64,000 nt of DNA, taken from assembly GCF_026210795.1 (NCBI RefSeq), contig NC_089435.1, forward strand, positions 186,001 to 250,000, given 5' to 3'. Both the position numbers and the translations under genes were made by a program. The notes beneath the pieces were generated by a model. That model was given only the letters and a program-made list of their open reading frames with translations, did no database searches and had not been told where the DNA came from. Of this stretch, positions 38,416-50,655 are shown piece after piece; the stretch's first letter is position 1; each line of letters begins with the position of its first letter. This DNA comes from Rhizophagus irregularis (taxonomy: Eukaryota).

Positions 38416-40139
38416 ATTTTACAAATGTCTTATTATCTGCTCGCTTATTGACAGTTATTGTGTAAGTTAATAGCTATCTATTTGTATTAGTTCTTTTAGT
38501 TACATATTATTTTTTATTTATATATGTGAATAAAAATTGTTTATTTAATAATTATGATATACTGTTTATTTTTAATAATCAGAAAATTATACTTTTTATT
38601 TATTCAATTTTCTATTTATTTGAAAAATAAACAAACTGTAACAAAAATAAATGTAATATAATATAATTTTATTTAACCTGAATTTTATAATGACAAAACA
38701 TCCTTTATTTTTTTGATATATATTTTTTTAATTCAAATTACCTATGTTTAATTAAATTTAATTAAAGTTAATGATTTCACTTTTTACTCTGAATTATACT
38801 TCTCCGCTAATTAATTACGTCGTATTTCAGTGAACGGACCAATTCACTATTTATTATAAAATTACTATGAATTAATTACGTCTGTCAAAATACATTACGT
38901 CTGTCAAAATAAATTTAATTAGTATTTTGTCATTTTGACGAAAAGTATACTCTGAATTTCTAATAATTACCATTCCTTAGTTTTACATATAAAATTAAAT
39001 CCATATAAAATCTATATTGGATTCTTAAAACTACATAGAATAGTATAATTATGTAAATTTTACATATATTTTTTCATATAAATCTACATATTAGAATTAA
39101 TTCCTGATGCATAACTTTTAAAAATTATTTATAATAATAAGTATTTTAAAAAGTTATGATTTAAATATAAAAAAAAACAAATAATAAATAAAATAAATAA
39201 ATTTTACAAACATTTTGTATCTTAAAAAATAATCAATATTTTGCATAATTAGCATTAATTGAAAAATTAAAAGTGCTAAAAGACTCTAAAAATAAATACA
39301 AAAATAAAAAACAAAAAATCAACAAGATGATAATAATTTAAATAAAAATAAAAATCAATTCATATAATTACCAATATGATTTGTATTTTATTTAAAACAG
39401 GTTAACTATAAAATATTGTAAAGTAAATTGAATTTACAATTTATTATTTATAATATTAAATAATACTTAGGAAAGTTACATATATTAGATAATATTCAGT
39501 TTAATATAAACTTACTTGCTTCTCCCTCTTGTCAGATTTAATAACTCATCAAATTATAATATTTATAAATCATATGATTATCTGAAGTATAAGGACATTC
39601 TACTTCTAAGCATTTCAAATGCAATGTCATTCTATACTATAGCCTGATCAATGGATAAAATTTTATGTTGCATATATACAAATTTACTACATGTTACAGA
39701 TCTCATATTACTATTTATTATGTTAAATATATTGATATTGAAATTGCAATTTGCATAGCTAAAAAATAATATACAAGTGCATAACTGTATAACTCTGTGA
39801 TATCAATAAAACTTTAATAAATAAATAAGTAAAACTTTAAGCAGAAAGAGCTAAACTTTTACTTATTTTGATAGAAGAAGTACTATTGAAAAATTATATT
39901 AAAAGTGAAAACTGATTATATTGTGACTTAGAACAAAAGTCTTTAGTAAGATATCTTAGACAAATATTACACAAGAATTTTTAATATGATCAGCTACTGA
40001 CACAATTTTTTTTTGTGCAATTGATGATCATATAATTATGTAATTATACTGAATACTTCAAACGTTCTAATAGTTTCCGTTTTCTAGTATTATTAAGTGT
40101 AATGTAAGATTTTGGTTACACCCTCTCCCGCAAATATAT

Positions 40140-40281
40140 GAATCTTGACCCGTCACGTACGTGAAACTTGACCCACCTGCATGCACATTGTCGATCCTAT
40201 TCATGGTGTATTGTAAAATATATGTGATCGACAACATGCATGCAGTGGGTCAAGATTAATCCATGTGACGGGTCAAGATTC
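40140..40281. mobile_element. 142-bp foldback/MITE
   Basis: gaatcttgacccgtcac / gtgacgggtcaagattc plus a second paired arm; direct repeat ccctctccc at 40121-40129 and 40282-40290. Confidence 0.65.
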
Positions 40282-41438
40282 CCCTCTCCCCCTTTAATAA
40301 TTACGTAATATCTGTAAGTTCCCTTATTTAAAACTATATGAAATATGGTTGAATTTTAAGTAAAAAATCTACACAGACATATTTTACACATTTACGTTGG
40401 ATCCTTAAAATTATATAAAATAGTGTATGTAAATTTTATATAGAACTTTTCATATAAAAAAACATATCTTTTCACTGCTGTACAAAAAATAACAATTCTG
40501 AAGGCATGATAAAATCAAGATACTAAAAAATTTGCATAAATAACTCAATTATGGCTAAATAATATTTATTATAAATTCAAATGTCATGATTTTATTAGAA
40601 ATGAACAAGTTCAAAATAAATCACATTTCATATATTTTACATTTTATAGTTCTAACTTCCCTTTAAACATGAACTCTTGTACTCTTGTTTTATACTATTA
40701 AAAAAAACGCGAAAATTTTTCTGATAAAATGTTGTACAAAATATCTGACCAATAAATTCGTCAGGTCACGTTACCGAAATTTTTTTAGAGCGTCATGCAG
40801 ATCATGTAACAATAACCATTTATTCCATATCTGTTTACTGTGTCCCCTCGAACCCAGGTTAACATTCATAAGTCCGAAATGAAATAAAAGGTTTCTTCGC
40901 GGAAACAATATTAGTAGATAAATTTGCTTAATTTATTACTTTAATGAATTGAATTACAATATTAGCAAAAACAAAAAATACTAGTAGATAAATTCCTTCA
41001 GTTATTTTATCTATCTTCACGCGAAATCATTAAAAAAATTTTTCTACGGATTTATTGTGACCAAACGTTATCTGTGATATTAATAATCAGAATTGAGTTT
41101 TGTTTATGGATCACACGTTCTTTATTTTGTTTTATTATTATTTTCCCACATGCGTAACCGTTTTCGTTATCATGCACCAATGACAATATATCGTGACAAA
41201 CATTTTTGCTTTATAAAGTATAAAAGACTTTTGTCAATAAACAGATAATGATAATCGGAGAGTAAAATGCGATTTTACTCCTTATCTTCATTCTTCAATG
41301 ACTAAAAAAATAAGACAGTAACTCCGGAATTTTTCTATAAAATAGTGTGATTTAAATTTTTAAACCTTTAGCGAAATATCGACCCAATACAACAAAAAAA
41401 TTTAAAAATCTTAGATTACGCTATCTCGCCCTATCAAA

Positions 41439-41729
41439 ATGAGACTGAGACTTTTTATTCTTACTACCTTATTCCTTACTTTATCTTTGGCCTGGTTGGC
41501 CCAATCTGCTCCTGCTGCCATTAAATTTCCTCCTGCCGCTATCGAAGAAACCGGCCAATTTCTTCTAGAAGACAATCGACCACCTATCTCTGCTCATTTT
41601 TCTAATAGTCCACTTGATGAATGTCGTTATTGCGGTGGGTTCACACCTGACCAGTGTTCAATAGCATGTTACCGCTACGGCTATAAGTATTATTGGTGCA
41701 GTACATGTTATTGCAATTGTAGTAACTAG
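41439..41729 (+). CDS. Secreted 8-Cys defensin-like (CSalpha-beta) prepropeptide
   Basis: 96 aa: signal peptide, acidic/Pro propeptide, C-terminal Cx2Cx7Cx3Cx9Cx2CxCxC. TATAAAA lies ~100 bp upstream. Confidence 0.8.
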   Translation: MRLRLFILTTLFLTLSLAWLAQSAPAAIKFPPAAIEETGQFLLEDNRPPISAHFSNSPLDECRYCGGFTPDQCSIACYRYGYKYYWCSTCYCNCSN

Positions 41730-44035
41730 GGATGACACGTGAGTGTTTTAAAACAATTTTAGAACAGAATTTTCAAATATAATTGATTTTGATTGATTTT
41801 TATTATTTTAAGGGACAATCCAATTTACAAAGTGTAGTAAATTTCGAATCTACTCATAACTTTTGGTTATTACGACCTTTGCTATGTACAATAATAGCAG
41901 TTACAGTATTGCGTTTTTTATCATTATAGTTGAAGTTATATGAATTATATGATTGAAAATTTTATTTTTGTAATAACTTTTTATAAATAAAATAATTTAC
42001 TAAAGTACTTAAAAAAACGTATTATGTAAGCCTGATAAAATACCACGTGATTTTTTGTGGCGCATCAGCTTCATTTGCTTTTTGCATAATTTAAAAGTAT
42101 AAAACATATTAATTTCATGCTTTTAAAATTTTATGTTTTTAAATTTAGTAAAAAAATAAATTATTTATTTTCTATAAACAATAAAATAGATTTTATTAAT
42201 AAAAAAAACGATAAGTTCATTTGATTTTTATTGGCTGATTTTGATTCAAGAAAAATTGAAATATAAAATCACATGATTGTCAAGTATACAATAGCACCAT
42301 ATTAAATTTATTTAATAAAAGAAATTAATTTTATTTTTTGAAATATAATAAAAAGTAATTTTTCATCTTTTTCATCTAATATAGATAAGAGAAATTTAGA
42401 AATTTATTTTCGTCCATTATAGCACGTCTGAAATCTGTGCCAGGTTGAGGGCGCATGCGCCGCGCCACAGCCATTATCACGTGACATATACAATCAGAAA
42501 ATTCGCGATCATCGTGTCGCACTGATAAACATATCTCCCATATCGCGCTAGATTTTTTTGCTTTTTTCTCTTTCGAACACCAATATTTTTTTTTTTAATT
42601 TAATATAAAAATATAATTATTGTTACAGAATTGTGTTTATTTAAAAAAAATTTTATATAATTATTATTAAAAAACTTTAAATTTAATTATAAAAATGTCA
42701 AAAAAAATTATTAAAAAATTAATAAAACAAAAATTCAAATTTATAAATGTAAACAATTAAAATTTTTGAATTAGAAAGCCTATATTATAAATTTTATTGT
42801 AAATCATAATGCCATTATGAAAAATGTTATTCATAAATAAAAATAATACGTTGGCTAATTAAAAATGGTGTAAATTAGTATAAATGCTTTGTAAAAATGT
42901 TAAAGAATGAAGAATGTATGCTAATAAATATTATGAACAAACCTTGATTCAATTCGGCTGATTTTTTAATATGTTTTTGCTCAGACTATGTTCCTTTTTA
43001 CCGGCTTTTCTTGTTTTTCAACTAGGAATATTTTGTGGGTCCAAATTTTCCTTATCTTTAATAGTATTAGGTAGTTTCCACTTACATCCTGACCCTTCTG
43101 TTTTGCGTCGTTTGACAGATTCAACTTGTACACGAATCATAGAACCACTTCTTAAATTAACCATTAAATCTAAATCACGGTTTAGATCGTAAAGAAAAGA
43201 AGTTAGCTGAGAGATAGATTTCAGCTTAGCTGCTTTATAACGCTCTGAAAATTTATCTAATGCAGTACGCAGTTGTGCACCACCATCTTGATAGTCTCTT
43301 CTGACTTCTTCTAAGAAATCTGTGAATGCAGAAATATCGACAATTTGGATATTTTCACTTGTTTCTTTATGAGATAGAACGCCATATTCAATAGTTGTAT
43401 TACTATTTGATGTTTCTGATTCCGTTTGTAAACTTTGTGAAGTGAATTCTGCATGTAATGATGCATAAAAAGAACTATCTTTTGCAATATAACCTAAAGG
43501 AAATAATTTGAGTAAATGGATGTTATGATATTAAAACAGATTAATACGGTTACTTACCAAGTGCAATATAGGCATAAACTATACGATCATTTGAAGTCAA
43601 AGACGGAATAAAATTGAATGTTGATAAATGGAATTTGACTGAAACTGCATCCTGGTACTTGCAAGGTGCACCGGTCATGCCAATCGGACAAGAGCAAGTT
43701 CCAATTTCACTGTTAACAACATAGAAATTAGCATTTTGTGCACTTGGCACAAAAAATTCGTTTTTCACATTACTCTCACTGGTCAAAATAGTCCAAATCG
43801 GCTAGAAATCGGATGTCTGATTTTAGGCTGAATTTGGTGATAAATATGGCCGATTTATTAATTTAGGCAAAGTTCTGATTGGCAGGCCGATCGATGCCGA
43901 TCAGAATGTCTGAATTGTATCTGAATTGCTTAGTATTTTTAATCCGAATTGTTTAAAAAATATTATTCATAAATTTACCGAATTGCAGTGAATTTATTCT
44001 GAATTATGGTAAATTTGTGACAAAATTTTCTGAAT

Positions 44036-44238
44036 TGTAGTAAAATTTATTCCAAATTGTAGTAAAATTTATTCCGATTTGTAGTAAAATTTATTCCAAT
44101 TTGTAGTAAAATTTATTCTGATTTGTAGTAAAATTTATTCCGAATTGTAGTAAAATTTATTCCGATTTGTAGTAAAATTTATTCTGATTTGTAGTAAAAT
44201 TTATTCTGATTTGTAGTAAAAAATTTATTCTGATTTGT
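44036..44238. repeat. 22-bp tandem repeat, ~9 copies
   Basis: Unit tgtagtaaaatttattcYgatt. Confidence 0.9.
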
Positions 44239-44439
44239 ATTCTGAATTGTATCGCAAATTACAGTAAATTTTATTCTGAAATTTAAAATATTACATATAC
44301 ATATAAAACAATTTCACCAAAAATCATCCCAACTTTCTAACAAATCCGGTATACGTTAAATTCCTTAATTCCCATTTGTTTCTACAAATTGGAGATGATT
44401 TTCCTACAAAAAAAAAAAGAAAAAACATTAAAATAACGT

Positions 44440-46400
44440 TTTTTTTTAAGTTTCAAGTTTCAAAAATCAAAACGTTACCTGTAGGATGGCAAATCGAAGC
44501 CAATTTCCATACAAAAAAATTAATAAAATATAATAAAAAATGTTAAATTAAACATTTTTATTAAGTTTCGTCAAAAAGTTTCGAAAAATCGAAACTTTAC
44601 CTGCGGGATTCTGGTACAATTTGGAGCTGATTTCCTGCAAAAAAAAATAATAAAAAATAATAAAAAAAACGTTAAATTAAACGTTTTTTTTATTAATTTG
44701 CGTCAAAAAGTTTCGACAAAACTTTACCTGCGGGATTCTGGTACAATTTGGAGCCGATTTCCCTGCAAAAAAAATAATAAAATCTAATAAAAAAACGTTA
44801 ATTTAAACGTTTTTTTATTAAGTTTCATAAAGTTTCGAAGTTTCATAAAGTTTCGAAACTTCGAAACTTTACTTGCGGGATTCCGGTATCCAATTTGGAG
44901 CCGATTTCCTGCAAAAAAAATAATAAAAAATAATAAAAAAAACGTTAAATTAAACGTTTTTTTTATTAATTTGCGTCAAAAAGTTTCGAAAATCGAAACT
45001 TTACTTGCGGATTTCGGTATCCAATTTGGAGCTGATTTCCTGCAAAAAAAATTAATAAAAATAATAAAAAAACGTTAAATTTAAACGTTTTTTTATTAAG
45101 TTTCGTAAAGTTTCGAAACTTTGAAACTTTACTTGCGGGATTCCGGTATCCAATTTGGAGCTGATTTCCTGCAAAAAAAAAATATTAAAAATAATAAAAA
45201 AACGTTAATTTAAACGTTTTTTTATTAATTTGCGTCAAAAAGTTTCGAAAATCGAAACTACTTGCAGGATTCCGATATCCAATTTGGAGCTGATTTCCTG
45301 CAAAAAAAATTAATAAAAATAATAAAAAACGTTAAATTTAAACGTTTTTTTATTAATTTTTTTCAAAAAGTTTCGAAAAATCGAAACTTTGCATGTGGGA
45401 TTCCGGTATCCATATTGGAGCCGATTTCCCTGCAAAAATATTAATAAAATATAATAAAAAACGTTATATTAAACATTTTTTATTAATTTTTTTCAAAAAG
45501 TTTCAAAAAATCGAAACTTTGCATGTGCAATTCCGGTATTCATATTGGAGCTGATTTCCCTGCAAAAATATTAATAAAATATAATAAAAAACGTTATATT
45601 AAACGTTTTTTATTAATTTTTTTCAAAAAGTTTCGAAAAATCAAAACTTTGCATGTGGGATTCCGGTATCCATATTGGAGCCGATTTCCCTGCAAAAAAA
45701 AATAATAAAATATAATAAAAAATGTTATATTAAACGTTTTTTATTAATTTTTTTCAAAAAGTTTTGAAAAATCGAAACTTTACCTGCGGGATTCTGGTAT
45801 CCATATTGGAGCCGATTTCCCTGCAAAAAAAAATAATAAAATATAATAAAAAACGTTAAATTAAACGTTTTTTATTAATTTTTGTCAAAAAGTTTCGAAA
45901 ATTTAAAACTTTACGGTATTCCTACAATAATATTAAAAAAAAAAACGTTAAACGTTTTTTTCAAAGAAGTTTTGAAAATGCGAAACTTATCTGGAATATC
46001 GGCGTCCACGTTGGAGCCGATTTCCTATACAAAAGTAAAAAAAAACGGTTTTAGTAATATTAAAAAACGTTTTTTAAAGTTTCAAAACTTTTGTTTCGAA
46101 ACTTACCTTTGGAAATCAGTATCCAAGTAGGAGCCGATTTCCTATATAAAAGTATAAAAAAAAATGTTAGAAAACGTTTTTTTTTATAAAGTTTCAAAGA
46201 AATTCTTCAAAACTTACCTTTGGAATTCGGTATCCAAGTAGGAGACGATTTCCTATATAAAAGTATAAAAAAAACGTTAGAAAACGTTTTTTTTATAAAG
46301 TTTCAAAGAAATTCTTCGAAACTTACCTTTGGAATTCGGTATCCAAGTAGGAGCCGATTTCCTATTTAAAAGTATAAAAAAAAATGTTAGAAAACGTTTT
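44440..46400. repeat. ~130-bp (then ~110-bp) tandem satellite with internal palindromes
   Basis: Core gcgggattccggtatccaatttggagcYgatttcctgc recurs ~10 times, plus diverged flanking units. Confidence 0.9.
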
Positions 46401-46844
46401 TTAAAGTAATAGTTTTGCAAAAAAAAATTAATAAAATCAGAACGTTAACTAATGTTCCGATTGAAAATATTAAATGAAAAGTTAAAAAACGTTTCGTAAA
46501 AAATAAAAATGTTAAAAATTGGAACATTATTTCCGATAAAAAATTAAAAAAAAATCCCAAAACGTTTAAAACCGTTTTGTTTAGGAATGAAGTTAGATGA
46601 AGATAAAGTTTCGAAACTTTAGTTTAAATAAAGTCTAAATTCGGTAATAGATCAACTAATTGCCAGATTAATTTTACTGTGGCTGCGGCTTAGTACATCA
46701 TAAGTTGATTTTGAAAAATCGTTTATTCGAATAACTTCTGAAATTGAGACAATTTTTCCATGCCCAAAAGTTTTGATTTCGACCAGTGCAATTTGATATA
46801 AAAGTGCCATAAATCAGACAATATTAGGCAAATTTTAAGCTGTT

Positions 46845-47545
46845 AATCAAATATGATAATTTTTTGCTAAATTTTTATTGAATTTTTATTGAATTGTTAA
46901 TTTTCCATAAATCTGAAGTACATATTTGAATATTGTAAATTTTAGGTTGATTTACAAATTTGTCAGATTTTTTTTTTGATATCAATCAGCCGTCAATCAA
47001 ATATAATGATTTTTTAACAAATTTTTGTTGGATTTTTATTGAATTTTTATTGAATTGTCAATTTTGCATAAATCTGAAGTACATATTTGAATATTAGGTA
47101 AATTTTAGGTTGATTTGCCATTTTGTCAGATTTTTTTTTTTAATTTCAACCAGCATCAATCAGCCGTCAATCAAATATAATGATTTTTTGCTGAATTTTT
47201 ATTGAATTTTTATTGAATATTTATTGAATTGTCAATTTTCCATAAATCTGAAGTACATATTTGAATATTGGGCAAATTTTAGGTTGATTTGCTATTTTGT
47301 CCATTTTTTTTTTAATTTCAACCGCATCAATCAGCCGTCAATCAAATATAATGATTTTTTGCTGAATTTTTATTGAATTTTTATTGAATATTTATTGAAT
47401 TGTCAATTTTCCATAAATCGGAAGTGCATATTTGAATATTGGGCAAATTTTAAGTTGATTTGCCATTTGTCCATTTTTTTTTGATTTCAACTAGCATCAA
47501 TCGGCCGTCAATCAAATATAATGATTTTTTGCTGAATTTTTATCA
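46845..47545. repeat. ~170-bp tandem repeat, ~4 copies
   Basis: gccgtcaatcaaatataatgattt...cataaatctgaagtacatatttgaatatt recurs. Confidence 0.85.
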
Positions 47546-50500
47546 AATTGTCTGATTGGCATCAATCAGATGTACCGATTTATAATGTTAGTCAATTTTG
47601 GTCTGATTTTTGGCCGATTTTCCATATGTCCGATTTTTTTAATTTCGACCAGTGTCTTTTGAATTAAATCCATATTTATGGTGTCCCATCCGTGACATAA
47701 AAAATGTTTTGCAAGTCAAAGATATCCTGGACATCTATGCGCAAAGCTGAGCAATCGAAGCACGTAAAATCTCTCCATATTAATTGTGATAAACTGAAAA
47801 ACTTGAACGCAGTTGTAAGCTTGCGTTCTTGCGAACACTAAATCTTTTAGTATTCAAAACTCCTCTCAATGTAATTATTTGTGTTATTTCCGCGCATATG
47901 TAGTTCAGAGCGGAAAGAAAGGGCCCAAAAACAACGGCGTTTCCATAAAATCTCAAAATGCTTGTGTAGTTGAGGATAATGTTCATAAAACGTTTGCCTG
48001 AGTTCATAATAATGCGTATGCATTTCAAAGCCCGATAGTGCATAAAGAATTTTTTTCATCTTTTCCATAATAGGCCCGATATTCTTTATCAATATGATGC
48101 TTCGAATTATGGAGCCATCTCCAAAATGCCTGGAGGACGTGGAATGTGCACAGGAGACGGATCTCTTGTATAATTTAATAAAATCAGTAAGTTATCTCGA
48201 ATTTAAGAAAAAAATTAGATTTGAAATAAAAACCTTACCCTCTGGCCAACATAGTTCAAGAGCATTGCACTCAGCACTCGAATCGTCAGTAAGTAAAACC
48301 TTTGGACCGACTTGTGGTTCACGTTCGAAAAAGGCATGTTACGGGAGAATCATTTTAAGTAGATTTAATGTCTTTTCTAACGTTATTTCAGACTCATCCG
48401 AAGTGATAAATAAGCCGAGAGGCAGGGCTCCAACCGTGCAACTCGTATAAAGAAGAGTAAGTGATGTATTTAAAGATTCAAAAGATGCCGAAGCGTCTAT
48501 ATAGCATAATTCACCAGATTGTAAAACCTTTTCGTGTACTCGGCTCATTAAATTAGTTACAACGCAAAGAATAAAGTATTTTCCGTGTGTGAATCATATT
48601 TTTGCAATATTACTCTTCCATGACTTAACTTATTGTAATTGTTTATGACCTCTACTAGACGTTTAAATATTGAAGTACCATTACGATCACCAAGCGCTGT
48701 TTCACGATATTTTTGAAAAAGTTTAGCAATGTAATCGTAATCGGGATTAGTCGCTCGGTCTGCAAGTAATACTAAAAGTTCCTGCTCATCCGCAGCGCTA
48801 AAATAAAGTGCATCTTCGTAGGCGTACATTACCGATGCGAGGGAGTGGCCATCTTTAAAAAGTTCCAAAAATTTTTCGTGAACTCCTCCATTGACATGTC
48901 AAAAGCTTAATGATTCTGCAGAATTTACAACATGATTATGAGTAAACCGTAAATTAACTTCCAGGGGATGGCTCAATTCAATGTTACAATTTTCTAGTCT
49001 AAGGTGAATCATAGCGGTGCAATTTGTATTTCATAATCGAGATGATTGTAGGCGTTTTAACTCAGGATTTCCTTGCTTTTCTTTTACTAAGTTACTGTGA
49101 ATACAGTGTCTTTTCTCGTGAAAAAGAACCTTCTTTCCTTTGATTTTGTAATGCTTAGATTCTGGCATTGTCGTTTTTGACTTGGATTCAAATGACAGAA
49201 ACCATTCGCGTACTTTCTTTTTATCTTTAATATCTACGAACGCGTCTAGTTCAAATTGTGGAATTTTGAAATTCTCAAAAGTTTTATGCGGCGGCAAAAC
49301 ATTAAAGTTTTTGATTAAATATGATTGATGCGGAGGGAGAATTGGTTTTAATATTTCGGGGAGGGAATCCCATGGAAAGAACTAAAATAAATACGAAATT
49401 TTATAAATTAATCTAGGATAAAGATAAATGACAAATGATAAGGATAAATAAAAAAAGAATTCAATCTATTTAATTAAGATAATAAAAAATTCTTATTTTA
49501 CAAATAATCAATAAAAATATACTAAAATAATACTATTTAACATGAAGTGATAATAACGAAATAAAAGATTAAATGTTACACAATAAATTAATAATAAATA
49601 AATACTACTATGTAAATAACGAACTAATAAATATTATATATGATAAATTAAGATTAAAATTAACGCTATATTTAATAAACTTGGGTCCCGTGATCACCAG
49701 ACATTAAAGATAGGGCCTTTATGGCTAAGATGACCTGTTACTAAACGAAGTCTACCTACAGAGTCAAACGATCATTTGACAGTGCACACGTGGGGTACTA
49801 CCGGTTTGTAGTTTAATTATATTAGAGTAGTTATTAGGAAATTTTACTTCGTATATATTTTTATTTTTTTACTTTAATAAAACTGCAAATGCGCTGCGGA
49901 AAAAAAAAAAAATATTTAATAAACTAAATAAACACAATATTAATATATTTATCCTCATAAAATAAACTCAAACTCTATATTAAACAAACTCTAATATAAT
50001 TAAAAATGTAAGCAATATACCTATTTTACCCAAAAACTCATTTTTTTCAATCATTTTTAACTTAAATATATTATAGAAAATGGTATTTTTAAAACAAAAA
50101 GAGCTTCGACAATATGAAGAAAAGTATGCAAAATTGACTTACTTGTGGGTTATTTTGTGATTCGATGTCCATACTGTTTACTGTGGTTTAACGGATCACA
50201 ACTTGAGCTGTGTAACTTTGTTTCTTTGTTATAAATTAGGCCATTAGACTATTTACCAAATAAAAAATACTTTACAAATATTAAAAAGTAGTCCTACCAC
50301 ACTTTCTGAAATCAAAATAAAACTTTGTTCTTTGTTTTATTTGAAAGAGAGTGTGAGAAAAAAGCAAAAAAATCTAGCGCGATATGGGAGATATGTTTAT
50401 CAGTATGACACAATGATCGCGAATTTTCTGATTGTATATATCACGTGATAAGGGATGTGGCGCGGCACATGCGCCCTCAATCTGGCACAGATTTCAGACG

Positions 50501-50655
50501 TGCTCCATTATAAGCCAATTACGTAATTGATTGATATTAACCAATCTGTGCTACAACAGATTTCTTTATATATACCATTTTTTCTCTTTTCAAACTGTAC
50601 AACCACACATATCTTTTTATCCGAACTAAAAATCAGTAATCAATATTTACTAATC

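Larger units (their letters stand above)
43777..47654. mobile_element. Non-autonomous CACTA/EnSpm-type element nested in the MULE transposase
   Basis: Termini CACTGGTCAAAA / TTTCGACCAGTG with 3-bp TSD tct. Removing it restores the frame MDLIQKSNVKNEFFVPS. Confidence 0.88.
42940..50172 (-). pseudogene. MULE DDE transposase with SWIM zinc finger, disrupted
   Basis: CYIDASASF, LTDDSSAE, TNNYIERSF, CSCPIGMTGAPCKY. Premature stops, frameshifts and a nested insertion. Confidence 0.85.
42422..50503 (-). mobile_element. Mutator-like (MULE) DNA transposon, ~8.1 kb
   Basis: ~150-bp TIRs (GCACGTCTGAAATCTGTGCCAG...); perfect 9-bp TSD tccattata (42413-42421, 50504-50512). Confidence 0.93.

Noticed and set aside
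45262..46130. Three short similar ORFs
   Set aside because: Translations of satellite units.
44440..46400. CRISPR-like array of regularly spaced palindromic repeats
   Set aside because: The intervening sequences are themselves repeated (no unique spacers), there are no cas genes, and the context is eukaryotic. It is a satellite inside a CACTA element.
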